Source of the DNA: an uncultured bacterium
GTDB taxonomy: Bacteria; Pseudomonadota; Gammaproteobacteria; Methylococcales; Methylomonadaceae
DNA: 64,000 bases
Direction: 5' to 3'
NCBI GenBank assembly: GCA_965366065.1
Contig: CBDUDV010000014.1
Span: 141 to 64,140, forward strand
A program made the translations under genes and the position numbers. Below, piece by piece: positions 1 to 8,410 of this stretch; the stretch's first letter is position 1, and the number at the start of each line of letters is the position of its first letter. The notes beneath the pieces were generated by a model. That model did not search any database. It saw only the letters and a program-made list of their open reading frames with translations, and was not told the DNA's origin.

Positions 1-1241
1 AAGTCGCGGATATGAGTTTATTGGATAGTTTTGTTGCTGACATTGAAAAATTACAAGGTGTCTTTATCGCTGACTTAGCCTTGTCTGGCAATACAGATAA
101 GCCAGTGATAACAGGCTTAGCGCAATGGGAAAATGGCCAATTTGATGTGCCGAGACTAGGTAATAGCTTTAAAAATATTCAGCTGCAAGTGAAGAGTGCT
201 GATGAGCAAGCGCAGCGTTTATTACTTAATTTAGCGGTCAACTCGGGTTCAGGAATCTTGACGGGCGTAGGGCATTTAGATTTATTACCGCAGCAACAAT
301 TTCCATTGCAGTTGCATTTAAAGGGTGAGCATTTTCAGTTGGCTCAATTACCCGAAGCGGAAGTGATTATTTCTCCGGATGTGCAGGTTAGCAAGCAGGG
401 AATGGTAAGTAAAATTGAGGGAGTGCTTAAAATAGATAAAGCTGAAATTGCGCTGCAAAGCTTACCGGAAACAGCGGTTAGTTTAAGTGAAGATGAGGTG
501 ATTATAAGCAAGCAGAAAAACACTGTAAAAAAACAGAGTTCACAGCAGTTACAAACGAATTTGAATATACAATTTGGTGAGAAGACGCATTTTGTAGGTT
601 TTGGTTTAGACACGTATTTGATGGGCAACTTGGATTATATCGCCACGCAGGATAAACAGCAGATGCAAGGCCAAGCGGCAATGAAAAAGGCGACTTATCG
701 CTCTTACGGGCAAGATTTAACGATTCGTAAAGGCAAATTTATTTTCAATGGTCCAGTCAATAATCCGTGGTTAAATATAGAAGCAATTCGCAAAGCCTCA
801 AAAGATGATGTGACGGCAGTATTAAAAGTCACAGGGCCTTTAAAATCGCCTACAACACAGGTTTATACCGAACCCAGTTTGCCGGAATCAGAAGCCTTAG
901 CTTACCTGGTGACAGGAAAGTCGCTAAAGAACACAAATAAAAGTGAAGGCAATGCCGTCGCTAATGCCGCATTTAGTTATGGTTTAGGTCAGCTTTCATG
1001 GCTGAGTGATCAGTTGGGAATTGATGAGTTTGAGGTTGAATCAGGCGATAATATTGAAGATAGTGCACTACGTTTGGGGCAGTATTTAAACCCTGATTTA
1101 TATGTTGGGGTTACCATGAGTTTATTTTCTAACCAACATGTAGCGAATATTAGATATCAGTTAAGCAAGCATTTTAGTATTAATACACGCGCCGGTGAGA
1201 CACAGCGTGTTGATTTGAAATACCATTTACAAAGCGATTAG
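1..1241 (+). CDS. tamB: Translocation/assembly module TamB, C-terminal part (5' end outside window)
   Basis: DUF490-type C-terminus (YRSYGQDLTIRKG, FNGPVNNPWLNIEA, GQYLNPDLYV); frame stays open upstream of the ATG at 12. Confidence 0.85.
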   Translation, partial: VADMSLLDSFVADIEKLQGVFIADLALSGNTDKPVITGLAQWENGQFDVPRLGNSFKNIQLQVKSADEQAQRLLLNLAVNSGSGILTGVGHLDLLPQQQFPLQLHLKGEHFQLAQLPEAEVIISPDVQVSKQGMVSKIEGVLKIDKAEIALQSLPETAVSLSEDEVIISKQKNTVKKQSSQQLQTNLNIQFGEKTHFVGFGLDTYLMGNLDYIATQDKQQMQGQAAMKKATYRSYGQDLTIRKGKFIFNGPVNNPWLNIEAIRKASKDDVTAVLKVTGPLKSPTTQVYTEPSLPESEALAYLVTGKSLKNTNKSEGNAVANAAFSYGLGQLSWLSDQLGIDEFEVESGDNIEDSALRLGQYLNPDLYVGVTMSLFSNQHVANIRYQLSKHFSINTRAGETQRVDLKYHLQSD

Positions 1242-1261
1242 CGCTTTTTTATATAACCTAA

Positions 1262-2710
1262 GTGATCACGTTTATGTATAAATTAATCAAACAAATATCA
1301 GTTATTATCTGCTCTGTTGCTCTGCTATCAGGCTGTACAGAGTCTGATCCTATTATGAAAGAGATAGGTAACAAAGGAAAATTGATCATCTGCTCCGTTG
1401 CTCTGCTACCAGGCTGTACAGAGCCTGACCCTATTATGAAAGATATAGGTAACAAGGGAAAATTGATCATCTTAACGCGTAACTCACCGAGTACATATTA
1501 TTATGATGCAGAGGGGAGTCCGGTCGGTTTTGAGTATGATTTAAGTAAAGCGCTGGCGGATTCACTGAATGTTGAGGTTGAGTACAAGCTGTTTGATAGT
1601 ATCGACGGTATTTTGCATGCAATGAATAAGGGAGAAGGGCATCTGGCTGCGGCGGGCTTAACTTTAACGGATAAGCGTGCGGAAAATTTTATTTTTGGGC
1701 CAAGTTATAAAACGGTGCAACAGCAAGTGGTTTGCCACCGTAAAGCGAATATACCTGAAAATGTAGAAGCATTAAAGAAGCGCAGTCTTTTGATTATTGC
1801 TGAAAGTAGTTATGAAGAATCATTAAAAGCATTGCAGGTAAGTTACCCAGAGTTAAGCTGGCAAAGTACCAATGAATTATCCACCGAGCAGGTACTGGAA
1901 AAAGTGATGCAAAAAGAGGTGGATTGTACGGTAGCTGATTCGAATATTATTGCGATTAATCGTCGTTATTACCCAGAACTGGTGGTGGCTTTTCCCTTGT
2001 CAGAGCCACAAGAACTAGCGTGGATTTTGCCTAATGATTCTGAGTATTTTAAAGAGTATGTGTTTAGCTGGTTAGAGCAAGTCCAAAATAATTCTAATTT
2101 AGATATTATTAATGAGCGCTATTATGGCTATGCTGATATTTTTGATTATTATGATAATTATGTTTTTCACAAGCGTATTAAAACTAGATTGCCGAAGTAT
2201 CAAAAGCTATTTCAAAAAGCCGTTAAACCTTACCCTTTTTCATGGAGCTTATTAGCGGCGCAAGCGTATCAGGAATCAGGGTGGAAAGCCGGTGCGCGTA
2301 GCCCTACAGGCGTAAGAGGCTTGATGATGTTGACACGTAATACGGCCAAATCACTGGGGGTGACAAATCGCTTAGACCCGCAACAAAGTATTGAAGGGGG
2401 GGCAAAATATTTAGATAAGATGATGAAACGAATTCCTGAGGAAGTGGCTGCTGAGGATAAAGTTTGGTTTGCTTTTGCGGCCTATAATGTGGGTTTTGCA
2501 CATTTGCGAGATGCTAGAAAGTTAGCGGTACAATTAGGTAAAAACCCGAATACTTGGAGTGATATGAAGTCGGTTTTACCCTTATTAAGCCAAAAACAAT
2601 ACTATAAGACCTTACGTTACGGATATGCCCGAGGTTCAGAGCCAGTACGCTATATAGATCGAATACGTTATTACCATGATGTATTATTAGAGCAGCTTAG
2701 TAAGGAGTAA
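1262..2710 (+). CDS. mltF: Membrane-bound lytic murein transglycosylase F
   Basis: N-terminal periplasmic binding domain (GFEYDL, AAAGLT) plus SLT domain (AYQESGW, GLMML, AAYNVG). Confidence 0.9.
   Translation: MITFMYKLIKQISVIICSVALLSGCTESDPIMKEIGNKGKLIICSVALLPGCTEPDPIMKDIGNKGKLIILTRNSPSTYYYDAEGSPVGFEYDLSKALADSLNVEVEYKLFDSIDGILHAMNKGEGHLAAAGLTLTDKRAENFIFGPSYKTVQQQVVCHRKANIPENVEALKKRSLLIIAESSYEESLKALQVSYPELSWQSTNELSTEQVLEKVMQKEVDCTVADSNIIAINRRYYPELVVAFPLSEPQELAWILPNDSEYFKEYVFSWLEQVQNNSNLDIINERYYGYADIFDYYDNYVFHKRIKTRLPKYQKLFQKAVKPYPFSWSLLAAQAYQESGWKAGARSPTGVRGLMMLTRNTAKSLGVTNRLDPQQSIEGGAKYLDKMMKRIPEEVAAEDKVWFAFAAYNVGFAHLRDARKLAVQLGKNPNTWSDMKSVLPLLSQKQYYKTLRYGYARGSEPVRYIDRIRYYHDVLLEQLSKE
1307..1468 (+). 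repeat. 81-bp in-frame tandem duplication (27 aa) in the mltF N-terminus
   Basis: Copies at 1307-1387 and 1388-1468; ICSVALLSGCTESDPIMKEIGNKGKLI vs ICSVALLPGCTEPDPIMKDIGNKGKLI. Confidence 0.95.
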
Positions 2711-2716
2711 ATTTTA

Positions 2717-3244
2717 ATGTTGATAACCCGAAGTTTAAAGAGTTTATTAGATAAGTTGTTCTTTGCTGGGGTTTTGTTACTAGGGATTCAGTTGCCGAAT
2801 TTTGTTTTGCAGTATCAGCAAAGTATGAATGCGCATTATCAGGAAATTAGCCATCAACTGCTGCAATATCAGGCGATTGCTGATCGGTTTTATGCGGGTG
2901 ATATGGAGCAATTATTACACACGCATCAGCAAAATTCAGTTGCAGCGATCCGAGCAGAAGCGAAAATTATTGCTGATTTAATGGAGCGTTATGCTTATTT
3001 TCAGGAGCAGTTGGATGGGCTACAGAATAAAGATTTATTAGATAAGTTAGGAAACTTAAGTGGGCAGCTTGATGCTGACATTGCGAAAGAAGTTTTAAAT
3101 CACTATATTTTAGCTTTCCCGCTTGATTTACAGGCGATTTATATTGGTGTAGTGCTGGCTTTAGTGGCTAGTGTTACGGTGCAAGTATTTTTTAGCTTAA
3201 TATTCAGCTTGTTAGGAAAAAATTCGGCTAAGCGGTCTGTTTAG
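2717..3244 (+). CDS. DUF2937-like membrane protein
   Basis: GIQLPNFVLQYQQ motif; N- and C-terminal hydrophobic segments. Confidence 0.65.
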   Translation: MLITRSLKSLLDKLFFAGVLLLGIQLPNFVLQYQQSMNAHYQEISHQLLQYQAIADRFYAGDMEQLLHTHQQNSVAAIRAEAKIIADLMERYAYFQEQLDGLQNKDLLDKLGNLSGQLDADIAKEVLNHYILAFPLDLQAIYIGVVLALVASVTVQVFFSLIFSLLGKNSAKRSV

Positions 3245-3296
3245 ATTGTTCATTATAAAGCTACTCAGTTAGTTATTTTTAGTAACGAAAATTGAG

Positions 3297-3517
3297 TATC
3301 AACAGCTTATACACAAAAATAGTCTAACTTTCAGTTATCAATATGAAATAGTTCAAAATAAGATCTCAAGCAAGCTATCGTTCGTAAGTCATTGAAATTG
3401 AGTTTATTATATGAATAATATAAAAACGATTCAATTTAAATCAAAGCTTAATTCTAAGGCTCCAAGTTCAGAGATAGATAGCTTATGCACAAAGTTATCC
3501 ACAGGTTTTGTGGGTAA
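3297..3517. promoter_or_regulatory. DnaA-box cluster with an IHF site
   Basis: TTATACACA 3307-3315, TTATGCACA 3483-3491, TTATCCACA 3495-3503, inverted TGTGGGTAA 3509-3517; IHF consensus TATCAACAGCTTA 3297-3309. Confidence 0.6.
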
Positions 3518-3646
3518 CTTTAAAAAACATTTATTCATTATTTTTTAATAAGCAAAAAAAACGCCTACAGCCTGAAGGCGGTAAGCGCAAAATAACAATA
3601 TACAAGGAGGGTGTTACGAGATGCTACATAAAAATTAGTGTGTAAA

Positions 3647-3802
3647 TTAAATTGTATTTAAGCGTTTAGTAAAATGGATGTTGCTTAATACGGCTGATAT
3701 TGCAAATACGACGGTAGAAACAATAAAGGCACCTGAGATAAATCCAAAAATACCAATAATGAATAATAAGCCAACTAAAATATCTTTCTGTAAGTCTTTC
3801 AT
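3647..3802 (-). CDS. Small membrane protein, 51 aa (not in ORF track): MKDLQKDILVGLLFIIGIFGFISGAFIVSTVVFAISAVLSNIHFTKRLNTI
   Basis: Manual translation; AAGG RBS upstream; hydrophobic core; hairpin plus T-run downstream near 3552-3587. Confidence 0.65.
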   Translation of the reverse strand: MKDLQKDILVGLLFIIGIFGFISGAFIVSTVVFAISAVLSNIHFTKRLNTI

Positions 3803-4064
3803 TGTTTTGCCTTTTATTAATTAGAGTGGGTGTTTAAATAACTTGATAGCTAGTATAGCAAGTTTTAATAAGAAAACAATATGGCAGTTTATTGTTATTT
3901 TGTTTCTTATTTTGAAACAATAAGGCGTTTGTTTTTAATGAAGTTGTCATATAGATTTGCTAGTCACCAGATAAGTTAAGTTAGATTCAAGTGATTCCTG
4001 TAATCGCTTAGCTTGTAAATGTAATAAAAAGCTAGGCTGAGTTGTGTTGGCCACTGTTTTATTA

Positions 4065-4317
4065 ACTGATGTTGCGCAGAGCCCCTATTTTTTCAATCTT
4101 TATTATATAAAGACTTACGATTAATTTTATCTATAACATCAAGTAGCCCGTATGAAGCTTGCGCAATACGGGGATTCGATGCACTGTTTATCCCGTATTC
4201 CGTACCTCCATACGGGCTACGATGGCTATGGTTACTTTGTTTTTAGCATCGGTGAAATGTGCCCCACTCGATATGCTTAACTTAATGATAATTTAAGTAA
4301 GACTGCGTAACATCAGT
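4065..4317. mobile_element. Non-autonomous TIR-bounded element (MITE-like), 253 bp, TA-flanked
   Basis: ACTGATGTTGCGCAG at 4065-4079 and CTGCGTAACATCAGT at 4303-4317 (1 mismatch); TA on both sides; no ORF. Confidence 0.6.
4143..4220. repeat. GTAG-type REP doublet (REPIN), 78 bp
   Basis: GTAGCCCGTATG...CATACGGGCTAC; near-identical inverted copy at 22711-22788 with about 37 bp of shared flank. Confidence 0.85.
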
Positions 4318-4595
4318 TATTTAGGGTGTTAAAGCATCTATTGTGAAAAATTGTTAAATAACTGCTTTGTATGTAAGTTATTGAAATAACACTATGTTAT
4401 TTTTTTTTAGTGAACTTATATAAAGTAATGTAAATTAGTTCTAGTAAATTTTTAAAAAAATCTATATAGTATTCACAGCTACAGATTTTGGTATTGGCAG
4501 TTTTGGTTGTTCCCTCCGTGTTACCCCATGTTCGTCTCCGTTTCAATAACTGTATGCAAACTATAATTTTTAATTAATTTTTCAGGTAAAGTAAC

Positions 4596-4799
4596 ATGGC
4601 AACAGGTACAGTTAAGTGGTTCAACGAAGCTAAAGGTTTTGGTTTTATTTCTCAAGATGACGGCGGCGCAGACGTATTCGTACATTTCAGTGCAATCGAC
4701 GGTAGTGGATTCAAAACATTAAATGAAGGCCAAGCTGTTTCTTACGAAGTAGAAAATGGTCCAAAAGGTCCTCAAGCAACAAGTGTTGTTGCTGCTTAA
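4596..4799 (+). CDS. cspA: Cold-shock protein, CspA family
   Basis: [15 protein letters not shown] and [12 protein letters not shown] motifs. Confidence 0.95.
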   Translation: MATGTVKWFNEAKGFGFISQDDGGADVFVHFSAIDGSGFKTLNEGQAVSYEVENGPKGPQATSVVAA

Positions 4800-4817
4800 G
4801 AAGGCTTTATAGATTCG

Positions 4818-4852
4818 CAAAAAAAAACCTCGCTTCGGCGGGGTTTTTTTTT
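4818..4852 (+). terminator. Bidirectional intrinsic terminator after csp
   Basis: A-run, cctcgc-ttcg-gcgggg stem-loop, T-run. Confidence 0.85.
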
Positions 4853-4861
4853 GCTTGCAGA

Positions 4862-5359
4862 TTATTCTTCTGGCGTAGATTCTTCGGTTGGTGCGCTTTC
4901 TGTGTCTTCTGCACTTTCTTCTGTCGAAGCAGGATCGAGAAGTTTTATTAGGTGTTTATGTTGGGTTTTTTTTGCTCTATCTAACACGCTACTATTTTTT
5001 GTATCTTTAGCGCTAATATCAGCTCCCGCATTTAATAGCAGTTGAACGATTTGTTCATCACCAAAACTGACGGCATCCATAAGTGCAGTGATTCCCTGAG
5101 TGTCACGAGCATTTACATCGGCACCATAGGTTAACAGTAACTGTATGGTTTTATAGTTACCATTATGAGCGGCTGCCATAAGCGCGGTACGATCGCCATT
5201 TACCTTGCTGTTAACATCCATTCCTTGGCTGAGCATATTTTGTATACGATCTCGTTTACCTAAAATAGCGGCAGAAAATAAGTCTTGCTTCGATTCTGCT
5301 TGGCTAATCGAACTAAATAAGTTGCTGATGAATAATAGTGTAATCAGTAGAGGTTTCAT
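4862..5359 (-). CDS. Secreted ankyrin-repeat protein
   Basis: Signal peptide; TALMAAAHNG and TALMDAVSFG ankyrin repeats; acidic tail. Confidence 0.85.
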   Translation of the reverse strand: MKPLLITLLFISNLFSSISQAESKQDLFSAAILGKRDRIQNMLSQGMDVNSKVNGDRTALMAAAHNGNYKTIQLLLTYGADVNARDTQGITALMDAVSFGDEQIVQLLLNAGADISAKDTKNSSVLDRAKKTQHKHLIKLLDPASTEESAEDTESAPTEESTPEE

Positions 5360-6705
5360 TATAAATCTAAGCCTAATTTTTTTAGTCGATAGTGTAAAGA
5401 GCGAAAACTAATGCCTAGCTGTTTCGCTGTTGCTGTTTTATTCCATTCATTTTCTTCTAAAGCGCTAGTAATGGCTTGCTTCTCAGTAGTTTCTAGATAA
5501 TCTTCTAGTGATCCAAGTGAGGGTGCGTAATATGTGGAATTGGATAGGGGAGCTGGGCTGTTTTTAAGATTTAAATCATAGTTAGAAATATCACCTGAGT
5601 CATGTAATGCAACGGTACGTTCTAATATGTTTTCTAGTTCGCGCACATTTCCAGGAAAGCTGTAATGAGTTAGCGCGTTGAGAGCTGCATTAGAAAGGGC
5701 GGTATCAGTTACATGGCTATTTGTTTTGAGCAGTTTTTTTAAGAAATAGTTGGCGAGCTGCGGGATATCTTGTTTGCGCTCACGTAATGCGGGTACGTTC
5801 AGCTCAATAACATTGATACGATAATATAAGTCTTGGCGAAATAAATCATCAGCAACTAATTGCGCTAAATCCTTGTGGGTTGCGCTGAGTAAATGAATAT
5901 CAATACTTTCTTCTTCGTGTCCACCGACGGGGCGTACTTTTTTCTCTTGGATGGCGCGGAGTAATTTGACCTGTAAGTTTAACGGCAAATCGGCTACTTC
6001 ATCCAAAAAGAGTGTGCCTCCATTTGCTGCTTGAAATAAACCGGTTTTATTATCATTTGCCCCGGTAAAGCTGCCTTTTTTATGTCCAAAAAATTCGCTT
6101 TCCATCAGTTCTTGTGGGATTGCACCACAGTTCACGGCAATAAAGGGTGCGCTTGCACGCGAACTTTGTTTATGAATAAGGCGTGCGGCTAATTCTTTAC
6201 CTGTGCCTGACTCGCCCTTGATATACACAGGCGCTTGGCTGCGCGCTATTTTGGCTATTTTTCCACGTAAGTCACACATGACTTGTGATTCGCCAAGCAA
6301 GGTATCGCGCATGCGGCGATCGTGTTCGGGGGCTGTATGACTGCTGTTTAGTGCATTTTTAATGAGTAAGCGAAAATTACTTAGATCAACGGGCTTAGAT
6401 AGGAAATCAAAAGCGCCAAGTTTCATTGCTTTAACCGCCGCATCTGCACTGCCATGAGCGGTAATCATAATAACTGGAAGTGTTGGGTGCTTGTGTAGAA
6501 TGGTGGGTAAAAAATCAAGGCCATTACCGTCGGGCAAGCGCATATCTAACAAACAGAGATTGAATTCATGTTTTTGTAGATAATGGGTGGCGTGGCTTAT
6601 ACTTTCGGCGCTTTGTGTGTCTATTCCTAAGCGCTGTAAGGTGATTTCTAATAACTCACGGATGTCAGCTTCATCATCGATAATTAAGGCTAGTGGCTTA
6701 TTCAT
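5359..6705 (-). CDS. pilR: Sigma-54 response regulator PilR
   Basis: REC domain, AAA+ (GESGTGKE, GSFTGA, LFLDEV), Fis HTH; paired with pilS. Confidence 0.85.
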   Translation of the reverse strand: MNKPLALIIDDEADIRELLEITLQRLGIDTQSAESISHATHYLQKHEFNLCLLDMRLPDGNGLDFLPTILHKHPTLPVIMITAHGSADAAVKAMKLGAFDFLSKPVDLSNFRLLIKNALNSSHTAPEHDRRMRDTLLGESQVMCDLRGKIAKIARSQAPVYIKGESGTGKELAARLIHKQSSRASAPFIAVNCGAIPQELMESEFFGHKKGSFTGANDNKTGLFQAANGGTLFLDEVADLPLNLQVKLLRAIQEKKVRPVGGHEEESIDIHLLSATHKDLAQLVADDLFRQDLYYRINVIELNVPALRERKQDIPQLANYFLKKLLKTNSHVTDTALSNAALNALTHYSFPGNVRELENILERTVALHDSGDISNYDLNLKNSPAPLSNSTYYAPSLGSLEDYLETTEKQAITSALEENEWNKTATAKQLGISFRSLHYRLKKLGLDL

Positions 6706-8333
6706 AATTTAATCGCTTGTTGCTCGGGGGTTGCTAAACATAATCTAAAGCAACAGCCTTGCTCATTATCGGGTTGATGGTAGCTTAGTCGCGCTTGATT
6801 AAGCTCAGCTAAGTCTCTAGAAATATACAAACCTAATCCTGTTCCTGAGCTTGACGAGGTGACAAAAGGTTCGAATAGATGATGCAGTATTTTATCAGGG
6901 ATTCCTTTGCCATAATCAATCACATTGATACAGGGTTGGCCTAAAAATTCATTTAATTCGATAGTAATTTGTTTATCAAAAACATAACCGTATTTTAAGG
7001 CGTTTGCACATAGATTATTTAGAATTTGGGTTAAGTGCCCAGTATCAAATAAAGCGATGCTTGCTTTTGAGATGACAAATAAGTGAAACTGATTTTGATA
7101 ACCAGGGTTACCGCTGATTAAGCTATCTAAATACTCACGTAACCAAGTTGATAAGTTAATCGCTTCTTGGTTTGCTTGAGGGCTACGGGATAGTTGTAAT
7201 ATATCTTCAATAATCGCATTCATGCGCAAAGACTGGGTTTGAATAATTTCAGTTAAACGGTGGTCTTGGACGGGCAGTGATGTGCTTTCGGAAAGTAGCT
7301 GTCCTGCGTGACTAATAGCGCCGAGTGGATTACGAATTTCATGGGCAATGCTGGCGGTTAAGCGCCCTAAAGAGGCGAGCTTGCTTTGTTGTACGCGTTG
7401 TTTATAAACGGAAACATCTTCTAAAGTAATCATAAAGAATGTTTCATGTTGGGTTGGAAAAGAATTGAAGTGAACCTGTAATTCACTTTTATTGGCTGTC
7501 ATTAAGCTAACAAAATCCTTCTCTGGGTGAGAGAGCCAATATTCAAAGGCATGGGCCAGTTTCGGAGATATGTCGGATAGGTTATCCGGTAGGCTTGATA
7601 AGCCGAGCAGGCGTGAGCAAGCAACATTATGACGACTAAGCGTTTGTGCTTGGTCAGTGATAATAATGCCCGACTGCATGTTTTGGATAATATACTGATT
7701 TAGCTCCTCCAAAGAGATAATAGCTTCTTGTCGCTGTGATGAAAGTATTTCAGTTTGCTCAGTACGCTTTGCCAGAATATAAGAAAGTAAGGCAAGCATA
7801 AAAAATCCCGCTCCTAACATGCCTGCATAGGAGGCATAGCTACTATTAATCTCACTTAAGCGCAGGGTGTAAGCTTGCTCAGCAAACACAAATAAACTGG
7901 CAATCGCTGCAAATAACATGGCGCAGCGGCCACCGATTAATATACCACCAGCCGCAGTAGGAACTAAAATGAGTGCGCCTAATCCACTATTAATTCCACC
8001 GCAAGCATGCATGATTAAGGTAAGAAAAATGATGTCAGTAAACACATAGGCTTGTGCTTGCGATGCGTAGGGGATTATCTTTTTTAAAATTAAGCCCCAA
8101 CCGAGAAGCGTCAGAATAAAATAACTTAAGCTGGTGGATAAATAAAGCACCATGAGTTCAGAGTCGATTAATAACGCGCCTAAACGAGAGTAATATAAAA
8201 ATAATAATAGGCTAGATAAAATTAAGCGATAAAAATAGAAACCTTTGAGTAAAAGCCATGCTTGTTGTACAGGGATTTTATAACCTTTGGAAAAAGGGCA
8301 AGGTGATACTGTTTGGGGAGCCGTTTTATACAT
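6702..8333 (-). CDS. pilS: Sensor histidine kinase PilS
   Basis: Multiple TM helices, GRLTASIAHEIRNPL H-box, GTGLGL G-box. Confidence 0.85.
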   Translation of the reverse strand: MYKTAPQTVSPCPFSKGYKIPVQQAWLLLKGFYFYRLILSSLLLFLYYSRLGALLIDSELMVLYLSTSLSYFILTLLGWGLILKKIIPYASQAQAYVFTDIIFLTLIMHACGGINSGLGALILVPTAAGGILIGGRCAMLFAAIASLFVFAEQAYTLRLSEINSSYASYAGMLGAGFFMLALLSYILAKRTEQTEILSSQRQEAIISLEELNQYIIQNMQSGIIITDQAQTLSRHNVACSRLLGLSSLPDNLSDISPKLAHAFEYWLSHPEKDFVSLMTANKSELQVHFNSFPTQHETFFMITLEDVSVYKQRVQQSKLASLGRLTASIAHEIRNPLGAISHAGQLLSESTSLPVQDHRLTEIIQTQSLRMNAIIEDILQLSRSPQANQEAINLSTWLREYLDSLISGNPGYQNQFHLFVISKASIALFDTGHLTQILNNLCANALKYGYVFDKQITIELNEFLGQPCINVIDYGKGIPDKILHHLFEPFVTSSSSGTGLGLYISRDLAELNQARLSYHQPDNEQGCCFRLCLATPEQQAIKL

Positions 8334-8410
8334 GCATTATTAAAGCAAGAGGGTGAGAGTAGTTTATGCCCTGCATAGCTAGAGAAGACTATGCAGGGTG
8401 TTTTAAGTAA

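Noticed and set aside
3245-3560. oriC
   Set aside because: No dnaA, gidA or rpmH neighbours, no 13-mer unwinding repeats recognised, and no obvious skew switch by eye; reported only as a DnaA-box cluster.
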